64,000 bases of DNA from Ptychomitrium polyphyllum (taxonomy: Eukaryota): assembly GCA_973851085.1 (NCBI GenBank), contig OZ316775.1, positions 10,974,001 through 11,038,000 of the forward strand. Reading direction: 5' to 3'. The position numbers were made by a program, and so were the translations under genes. The number at the start of each line of letters is the position of its first letter. The stretch's first letter is position 1. Below are positions 52,861 to 64,000 of the stretch, piece after piece. A model generated the notes under the pieces. It was given only the letters and a program-made list of their open reading frames with translations. It did no database searches and was not told where the DNA came from.

Positions 52861-55800
52861 CGAACTCAACTATATTCCGAAACACTCACACTACCAAAGG
52901 TGAGATGTGAAAATCATCACGAACTAAGTTTCCAGACTTGACATGCACATGTTTGTTGAATTGGCCAATTCCCATTATTTTGACCGTTACAAGTAATGTG
53001 ACCGTGACAATTTCAAATAACATGCTTGTTATATGGAATGCAAAAGATTCATATATCAAAATTGAAAAGCATGTAGGGATATCTTACAATGATGAAGATG
53101 AATATGAAGATAAAGACAAATATAACCACATAGAAGGGTTAAATAAAATTTGAACTTTTGAAATAAAAGGTACAAAATTAGGATTAAAAATGCAAGTATT
53201 ACGAATAATACATAAAAATATAAGAATAAAGAGAACTACAAAATTATAGATAAATTAAAAATATAAATGTAAAAGATTAATAAAATAATTCATTAAATTC
53301 AAATGATGAGATTGAATGAAGAAAGATGCAAAGGTAAGACAATGAAGAATATGTAGAAAATGCAAAAATTAAAAAAATATGTATATGAAGATTTAGAAAC
53401 ATTATCAAGATAAAAAATGATTAATAAAAACTTTACTAAGTCTATAATTTTTAGTAAGCTTGAATTATTAAACTCTTAGAAAAATGCTTGTATTTTGATG
53501 GAATTATGATTTCAAAGTTTGGATATTTTTGTCATTAGCTAATGACAATTAAAATTAGAAAGCCCTCATTGCTAGATATATTCCATCATTAATTCTTTTT
53601 GGTGTTATTTTTTGATGGAAATAAATAGTCTTAATACATTTTATTTTTTTACACTAGTGCAATTCAACTATTCAATTAATAAATGAAGGCTTCATTCTAT
53701 TGTTAATGAAATATTATATATCATTTTTACGTGTAATTTCAAATAAGGCTTCCATTTACATATATCATGAATAAAAAAAATTAATTGATATTATAAATAA
53801 TAATTTTAAACTATATATTTTTTTAAAACAATACAAAGCAATAAATAAGAATTTTTGAAGAAGTTTAAAAAGTTGAAGATTCTAGAAGGAATATAGAAAT
53901 ATTTTGACCTAACTTCAAAGTTTCAACAAACTTCCTAGCTGTGACACATAACTTGTATACTCCATAGATAATGCTTTAAATTTCAAAGTTCTATTATTTA
54001 AATCTATACAAACTGATATCTGCCGCATTCATTTTATTGCATAATTGTCATTTTAGTGTATTGAATTGCAATATTTGCCACTTCATATGTTAAATTTCTA
54101 CACATATACTTTGCAAATTGATATAACCATATCACAAGTAAAGGTTTTAAAAATATAATTAATTATCTTTTAGCTTGATGAGTTGTCATTACATTTATTA
54201 GTAATCAATCTAATATAAGCATTCTAAGACATTAAAGCTTTTGCTCCCTACTCTCTTAATATACACCACTATTTACACTCTTTCATTTTCCACTATTTTT
54301 ATTAGTTCATATATGAAATTAAATAAATGAATCTCTTTAGGACTTAATAACTCTCCTTCTTATATATACATTAGTTGTTGCTCCAAAAGAACTAACTAGT
54401 TACAACTTACATGGTCATTTATATCCTTTTCATATTCATCTTATTGTAAAAACACTCATTTAAGTTTGAAATTAGTCATTTTTGCCTTATAGTATCAACT
54501 TTGATTAATAATAGTGTTATTTTGTTAAATAAATAAATACAACAATACATATTATGGTGTCAAAGCATGTTAAGTAGAATTAATAATACAAAGTTTTGAA
54601 TTTATTAACAAGAAATTATAGAAATATAAATGACAATTGTTTAATTATATTAATATATTCCTATTCTTATCTTCACCAAAGATGTAAATAGTTTAATTGT
54701 TGCTTCAAAGATTATAATAAATTAAAAAAGTTTTTGAGATTATTTTGCCAATTTAATACTTAATTATGCCCATAATTACAATAAACTCATAATCTCAGAT
54801 TCTTCTCATTGCTAGAAATAACACTTTATCAATTCTTGCTAGTGATATTTTAAAATATGTGTTTGGAATTTGCACATGTTTCTAAAGAAAAATGATTGAT
54901 AAATCAAATTATACATTTAAAATCAGTGATAAATATGAGTGATACATAGCCTTGCAAATTTAAAATTCAAACAAACATTATAATTATAATGAGTGATGAA
55001 TTTGATGAAATTGATTTTAGCTTGTATAAGATTAAATAATGTATTTAAATTAATCATACAACATTGACATGTGTATGATATAATATATCAAATTGAAAAT
55101 CAATATGCCTATTAAAAAAAATGATAATATACATATTTTTTAAAAATAAAATTGAATTTCCAAATATATATGGTATTTGTATTAGATTTGGATTGATATT
55201 TGGGACTTGTATAATATGCCATAATAGAATAGATAGTTGTAATAAAAAAAATTCAGTAGTAAAATTGGAATAGAAATATATTTGAAATATTCATCTTTTC
55301 AAAGAATATTTATTATTTGGAGTCTATACAAGATATTATTTGAGCCTCTGGAAAAAAGAAGTCATTTCTAAATGGGAATAAGTATGTCAAATTATGGATT
55401 TAAGAATGGAAAATTAATATGAAAATAGATCCTAAAAGGTACAGAGAAGGACAGATGCTCACCCTTTGTATTATTTTAAATTACAATTTAACATCTTTGT
55501 TTTTATGACTTTTAATTGTATAGCAACAAAACATTTGTATATGAGTTTTTTAAAAAAATGTGGCATTGACAAATCACAATTATAAAGATAGCAACTTAAA
55601 ATAATAGAAGAGTTTGTATATAAGGCTAATATTTACTTTTGAATGTCCGTCTAAAACAAAATGTTCATTTTGAAATTTGACCTTATATAAAAAAGATTAT
55701 TTTTCATGCATATTTAAATGGAATAATAATAATTTTTTCCTACTTTTGAAGTTTCAAAACGCCCTAACAATAAAAACTTATTATTTTAGTATTTTAAAAA

Positions 55801-58800
55801 GAAATAATTTTTAGGGCCATGTTTAGATTTTATTGCATTCATTTTGTCTTAGTTTGATGCTTACATCTATTGAAGGATTAGAAAATATCATAAACAACTT
55901 AAAAAAAAGAAAAAATGCCTACATAGACATACAATTTTTGCAAAAAGGGGTGTTAATTATTATCTTGATGAAAAATATGGTAATTTTAAAATTATTACTT
56001 CAAGGACTTGTAAGATTATTATTCTTATAAAGCCTAGATAAAAAATAATTGATTTCCATTCTTCTTACATTGTGCATTAGTGAATATCAATTTGAACATA
56101 TAAAAAAGAAAATTCTCTTTAGCAAGAGTAAAATTGCAATTACAAATAGTCATCATTGCTAGAATTATAGCCTCTATACATATTTCCTAAATTATAATAT
56201 TTTACTATGCATTTTTAATCTAAATTTTTTATAATCTTCATCAAATGAATGTTTAAAGATATGAATGTAAATGCTATATATCAAGCCATATCTATTCTAT
56301 TACATGAAAAAAAAAATTAATTCATTAAAAAGACGTTAATACAGATTCTAATCTCACTTATGGATCCAAAATTATTGGATATGGAGAACTATTCCAAGTA
56401 TTATAAAATATTATATGCTATTAGTTGCAATGACTACTTCAAAATTTGAGGGCTAAATTGTAAAATTAATAATAAAGATACAAGTTATATTGAATAAATT
56501 TTTTAATTTATTAATGGATAGAACCTCTAATTGAGTCTTTAATAAACCTTATTATATAGCATTGTATAAATACTTTCATATTCAAAGATGCTTTAGGTGG
56601 AATTTACATATTGATACAACAATAATTGATTTTTTAATTTTACAATGATTTGTTGGCACCACTAAACCAACTTGTTTTAATACATTATATATAAAAATCC
56701 AAAAGATGTTCAAATGTATATTAATTATATGATAAAAAGATATATGGTTTAACAATAAACACCTTGTACAAATCTAACTTTAATTAACTTACTTTCATAA
56801 TTATGATCATTTTTGTCTTTTCTTTGTTTTTGTGTTTTTTTCTTGTTTACTTAAATTTTGTTTTAATGTAGTATATTCTTAACACATGAAAGATTTGTCT
56901 CTTTGTAAACAAAATGAAAACATTATCAAATAATGTTTTAGATATTTCATTTCAGTATCTTGCTATTTTACAAAACATTTTGTAAAATTGGCACGTATTG
57001 TTTTTTCTTGCAAAAATAATTATTTGATATCAAACTTACTATGTCATTACAATATTGTCTTCTAGATGGTACAACACTAAAAAACGTATTTAGTAACGTG
57101 TGATGTTTTATATAAATCAATTCATATATGACCCTGTGCTTAAAACAATTTATACATATAATCTAGACAACTCCTTATTATTCTATCAGAAACATGTTGA
57201 CATGTCCTATCAGGTAACACTAATTCAGCAGTTTCCATATAACTTCCAGGCAAGGTATTTATAACTCGTGACACTAAATACAGTTTTTTGGTGCCATGCA
57301 TTCCTTCCTTCCCCTCATGCACAATCAGACACTTCACTCATGCCCGACCCTTGAAAAGACGCTAGAATGCAATCAACGACAATTTCATGTGTTTCAAAAA
57401 GAAAGATAGGCTGGACTCTAGCGTGTTCTTTTTTCTTTCTTTGGAGCATGCTTGTGTCAAGATGCTTGTGTAGATGTAACTGTACTCCTACTGCTTCGGA
57501 TCACTCGACCTATGACCGTAGACCTATCATTGCACCAGAATCACCAGTTCCCAAAATGGAATCTGAAATCTACAGGATGTTGATTCTCTGAAATCTATCG
57601 GTTTTCTAACATCTAGGGTCATATGAAATCTAGGATTTTGGAATTATTGATATGGTCGCTGCTCGCGTTCTGTCCCTCTCCGCCATCGCCAGACCGCAGC
57701 CACGCCGCGCTTGCAATTGCTTGCTAATCTGCAGCGTTCGAAGTATCAGTCGTTTACAAGGTGATTATCCGCTGCCGAGTTATATGGTGTTTCCTGCTTG
57801 TTGTGGAGTTTGTGCCGCTTTCCGGAAACTGGTGCTATCTGGATCTTGTGGAGTTTCTTTTAGGCGTTGGCAGTGTTGGCTGTGGCTTGCTGTGCTGAGG
57901 GCCGTGCGAGGAAAGAGGTTTGCTAGTGTAGAGTGTACTGTACAGCCGTTGATGATTAGAAGGAGAGAAGAGGATGGTTTTGACGGTATGATGTGTTCGG
58001 TGTAGGATGTTGCACTGCAATGATGTTGTTTTTGGTTCAGGCTTCACTGTAATGTACGCGATCCGTCAGTAGTTTGCAGAGTTCACAGTAGTTCACAGAG
58101 TTCACGGGAGGGTGAAGTTCACAGGTGACTATCTAGATTTTGGTTGGCGGAGATGGTGGTTTATTGGGGTTTCGGGATGCGTGAGGGTGGTTTGTTTGAT
58201 GAATTGGTCATTGTGCGATTGGTGAGTGTTAAGGCGTGATTTTGAGCTGAATGACTCGTTGTGGAATGAACTCCAGTTATGGGAAATAATAGTGGGCAGG
58301 TACTTGTTGAGCAAAGGAGTGGCGAGGGAACTACCTCCCACTGGGATGAGAATCCGGTGATTACCTTTGTGACTTTAACTACGTTGATTACCTTTCATGA
58401 ATATCATTGATAACACATTAAATTGGAAATTATGGGAGGACTTTCATCATGGACTAATTCTAGGTAGACTTTGGTCGTATAACTGTATAACTTACTAAAA
58501 TGGTATTTGTGATGATTAATTTTGAGCAATTTGTGAGACTTGAATCCAGTAGTCCGTTCCATGAAGTATATTGAACTTATAGAAGAGTTTCATAACACTT
58601 CCTTGAAGTACATAGTACTTACTTAGATGAGTTCTATTTTGCTATTGGGTGGGTTTTGCAACTGTGATGAAACCAAGGGTGTTAGTTTTCATAACTGGCT
58701 ACCATTTGTACAGGAACTGGATGCATCCCCATTATGAGTTTGTGACAGTAGTGTGAGATTGTGTCGTTGCTTCCTCTGGCGTGTGTTAGTTTTGGTATCT

Positions 58801-59398
58801 GGAGTTCTTGTCAGTACACAGATCATAACCAAGTTCAGAAACTCGCATTGAGCTAATTGACACTCTTAACACTGTGTCTACTTGAATGGGTGGTAGGGAC
58901 AGTAGGATCTTGCAGTATTTCGCTACCTTTGAAGAAAGACGACTAGATTTGATAATACGTTTGAATATTCTTTGCTAACTGACAGTATATTGGAAACAAG
59001 CAGTGGTGATTGCAAGTGTTTGCCACATGAAATGGCAGGTTTTTTGCAGCTATTTGATGCATTGACTCATGAGCTGTGGTTGAATCTGATTGTAGCCTGC
59101 GATATTTTGTTGACCGGTGGGAGATTAATTCTGGCTTTCATTTGAATTGAAATACATTGGATTTGCAAATGGTGCGCAATGAAAGGGTCTCAGTGATAGG
59201 GATAACAGCTAATGGGATTAAAGATAGCTCATGGGTTTGCAGCTTCTTCTGTCATTATCATGTGTTTGTAATGGTCTGTATTAGTTCGGGTTCCGATTAG
59301 AGCTGGAAACGTGTTTAATACTCGATCAAGTGGCAGACTTCTTATTTTGTCATGGGGTTTTTGTTTTGAGAAGGTTGAGAAACAGGTGTTCAGCAGAC

Positions 59399-60643
59399 AT
59401 GGAACAAAAGTTGACCCAGGTGCCTGAGGAGAGGATACTCGGTGGAGACCCTGGCACAGGCCAAGATGTTACCATCATCTTGGTACCAAATGGTGGTTGC
59501 AAAGACCAAACGTTGGCACTGATACATCTGCATTCAGATGTGTTGAGCACTCACAGCAAGTACTTCAACGCATGCTTGAGTGATAGATGGACAAATTCCG
59601 CATCAGTATCCAGTCAAGAGTTTGTTCTAGAGGTGCAAGCGGATGTTGGATGTTACTTCGATTGCTTCTCCTTTATGTATTCACGTTTTGCGAAGAAGCG
59701 AAAGCTCCAGGGGGTCAAGTATTGTCTGGAAGTTGTGAAAGTCGCCTCGCAGATTGATTTTCAGGATCTCATAGACCACATCTTGCTATACTTATCAACC
59801 ATAGCTTGGTCTGATGAAGATGAGATTTGGATCAGAGAGTACTCCTCTTCCCCGGATTTTCCTCGTAACCATGCAGAAGAGTTGGTTGCCCGGTTGGGTT
59901 TAGACGAGAGCGAAGAGGATCGTCAGAAGCAATTGTGCGACTTTGTACGACAGTGCGTTCGTTTCGCCCTCCGTGAGGAGAGGTGGAATAATTTTCGTCC
60001 GTTCTTTACAGAATTGCTACTAACCAAATCTGAACCGTCTAATTTTCACAAGACGGTGGTTATGATTGTTAGCAGAGAGGCGAAGGACATGTTCACTGAT
60101 ATCGAGAAAGCATGGGATGAAAATCCACCTCGTTATAATCCATACAGTGCAAGTACACTCGATACTACAGAGATGCTCGAAGCAATGTGTTGGGCATTAG
60201 AAACTTTACTGTCGGCAGAAGTGGCTGAAGAATTGATTCGGGGCGTTGTGTATTTTAGTGCGATTCCTAAATATATCACGAGCCTTTCTCATACATCACG
60301 GCAGGGATTTGCAGAACTTGTTCATCGAATATATCAAGAGGTGATTGATGGGCACCTACTCTTGAGGATGCCAGAACGAGTGGCACTCTTGACAAACTGG
60401 CGCTCGGTAGGATCGAGATCACTATTGGAGGAACCTGATGATGTTACTGAAAAGTTGTTTTCCACTTTGCCCTTGAAGCAGCAGATAGAGTTCATAAATC
60501 TGCAGAGGGAGGACTTTCATAAGTACATCAGCCCAGGTTCTTTGATTTCAATCCTATCAAAGAAGAGTTGGCCAGCCAGAGAACTGGAGGAGTCGAAGGA
60601 GGAGCAATCGGGTGATCTACAGAGAAGCAGTTTAGAAATATAG
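59399..60643 (+). CDS. Plant BTB/POZ domain-containing protein (At3g05675-like family), 414 aa, single coding exon
   Basis: Uninterrupted ORF; first ATG at 59399 follows an acceptor AAACAG (~59386). BTB signature GDPGTGQDVTIIL...IHLHSDVLSTHSKYFNACLSDRW, then YFDCFSFMY, YLSTIAWSDEDE and MPERVALLTNW. A probable 5'UTR exon lies at ~57650-57760. Confidence 0.88.
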   Translation: MEQKLTQVPEERILGGDPGTGQDVTIILVPNGGCKDQTLALIHLHSDVLSTHSKYFNACLSDRWTNSASVSSQEFVLEVQADVGCYFDCFSFMYSRFAKKRKLQGVKYCLEVVKVASQIDFQDLIDHILLYLSTIAWSDEDEIWIREYSSSPDFPRNHAEELVARLGLDESEEDRQKQLCDFVRQCVRFALREERWNNFRPFFTELLLTKSEPSNFHKTVVMIVSREAKDMFTDIEKAWDENPPRYNPYSASTLDTTEMLEAMCWALETLLSAEVAEELIRGVVYFSAIPKYITSLSHTSRQGFAELVHRIYQEVIDGHLLLRMPERVALLTNWRSVGSRSLLEEPDDVTEKLFSTLPLKQQIEFINLQREDFHKYISPGSLISILSKKSWPARELEESKEEQSGDLQRSSLEI

Positions 60644-61646
60644 TGTTGATGTACGGATCTTGTAAATAACAGTTAAAAAGTTTTTGAAGTTTCCAGCTTT
60701 GATCATTCATGAAATTCTCTAGGAATGGCCAGTTTTGCTACAAGCATGTCACACTTGCATACACGACTAATTTCCTTTAAAAGATGCAACCACCCTTCTC
60801 AACTGAAGGACAATATTGAAACTATTGTTCGTAACTCAACGCTCAATTCAGACTTATTCTGAATTGCTTCAATGACATCTAAGCTAGGCACCAAAGAAAA
60901 TACCTTGCTCCGCCAATGAGTTGGTCTCCAATAGTCCTCTTCAACATGATAGTACAATACGAGATTCCTGACAGGCTTGTGCGCAATGCATAGCTTACGT
61001 TCTATCTACTTAGTGCAGCCGAAAAACGAGGTAAAGAGTTTGACGTGACTTCTTTGAGATCACGTTTACCTATAGGAGAAGAAACAGTGCCCGGTAAGAG
61101 TATTGCTGCAAATGCTTGCAACAGTGCAGCTTCTTCAGCCAGTCGGTGCTTGCAAGGATCTAGTGTTGATTCTGAATAAGGCTAGAAAAGTCTATAAAAA
61201 ATGGCAAATTTCTAATCTCATAATGAGTTTCTGTATCTGGGAGATTGAGAAATGAAGTCTTAAGTAAGCATGTAACATTATGAGCATCTTGTCGAAATTG
61301 AGCAGAATTTTAGAAACAAAGATGGAAGTAAGCCAGAGCAGCAGATACTCTTCAAATGCCGTACGTGAATTATCACAGAAAGTCATCACCCTAATTGGGT
61401 TGCATGGTCTCAACAAATCGACGAGGTAATGCTGCAACCACTAATGCTATAAACAAGGTAACACACAATAAGACTACAGATTAAGACAGCAAAATTCCAC
61501 AAAAGAAACATTCAGAATGAGTTGCTTGGCCAGCATTCATTCCTTAATTGATATCATGGTTGTTAGGTCACAAAGCAGCCTCTCCACATGTGAAATAAGG
61601 TAGAAAATCTAGTTACTTCCGTCATATAGCAAAAACTGCTTCCGCT

Positions 61647-62912
<1,266 letters not shown>

Positions 62913-64000
62913 GGCGCGCGACGGCTATGGAGTGTCGAGGGAGCAAAAGGAACGACAGCAGCGCCGGGAAAGAACTTCTGCCCTTGCAGTCTTGGGGTTT
63001 GTCTCGGCTCCCCCCAACCCTAAAACCCTCCTACCCGGTTCTGCAATAACCAGGTTGATGACGCTGGCTCCCGTGTACCCGCTTCAGACCCTGGTTTGGT
63101 AGGACGAACCGTCCTACCAATTGAGAAATCGACGGTTGCAAGGGTTGCATGCTTCGAACCTGCGCTTTATCCAAACCAGCCAATAGCTACCGGTGCCTTA
63201 CACTTCGCTTTCTGGAAAAGTATATATGATAACGGTATCGGGTGAAATTAAATTCCACATTATTTGCGTGCTTTGTTGATTTTATGGAGTAAAACATACA
63301 TGTCGTAGACAATATCGGTTTTATGACACTCCTACTAAAAGTAACTTGAGGTAACAACTCTCACTGGGAAGAGGTAAAAGGATTTAGTGAATGTGGATCC
63401 TGTGAAGAGTGTCGTCGACCTTAAGTTCTCAAAACGACTCACCCCGGGGCGTCCGCCCTGCGGCTGATACCTGGACGATACTCGTGCAATACTCGTCTCA
63501 TACTGGTGTGGTACCTAGGAGGCAAGGCGAAGAATAAGGAACAAGATGGCTGCGTTGCGAGCAAATTTCACAACAGAGCGACATAGCCATGATATTTTCC
63601 AAGGTTTGGCGCAACAGACTTTGAATTACATTATGGCTACCAACACAGAGCTTCTTTGATTCCATCTTTCATATCTTTGCAAGAATAATCGCTGGCTCCG
63701 AGTTTTTACTTGAAATGGTTTTCGATTAAATTGAAGGAGGTTGGACGTTGGAGGTTGGAGGTTGCAGTGGATGATTGCTGGAAGGGAGAAGGATTGCTAA
63801 TTGTTGTGGAGGTTTGGAGCAGTGGTAGTTGATTAGGGTTGAGGTGAAAGAGGAGGGGGCGGTGAGGCCGATGACGACCGCTGTTTGGCAGCCGCAGTGG
63901 GGGGAGTTGAAGCAGATTTATAGATTGTTGGAGCAGTATCGGTTACCAACAGTGGATCAGTCGCACATTTGGCAGCAGCACCAGCGCTGTAGTCAGCTGC

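Noticed and set aside
63400..64000. 3' end of another gene entering from the right edge
   Set aside because: The Pro/Ser-rich minus-strand frame stops after ~55 codons and further stops follow. It cannot be assigned without the adjacent sequence.

Overview
Eukaryotic land-plant nuclear DNA with GT-AG introns, GC-richer genic islands and very AT-rich spacers. The style suggests a moss such as Physcomitrium patens, which is an inference only. Six protein genes could be reconstructed by hand, each with an intact reading frame: a CRIB-RhoGAP (RopGAP, +), a GT2-family glycosyltransferase (-), a B12D/NDUFA4-like protein (+), a MYB-CC (MYR1/MYR2/PHL-type) transcription factor (-), a single-coding-exon BTB/POZ protein (+) and ribosomal protein L37 (-). 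The main signal missed by the ORF track is a compact minus-strand polycistronic C/D-box snoRNA cluster at about 49.4-50.7 kb. It holds two U14 copies (one with a damaged D box), U36a-, U38- and U40/U46-like guides, and further 25S-targeting or orphan candidates, including a possible snR190/SNORD12-like RNA next to U14. The cluster may lie in an intron of a non-coding host. The MYB-CC protein lacks two of the three SPX-binding 'KHR' residues. Also present are a perfect 23-bp tandem repeat, microsatellites, a probable LINE relic and unidentified decayed coding-like islands. rRNA and miRNA matches rely on recalled conserved sequences, not database searches. No prokaryote-type systems (CRISPR etc.) were seen.
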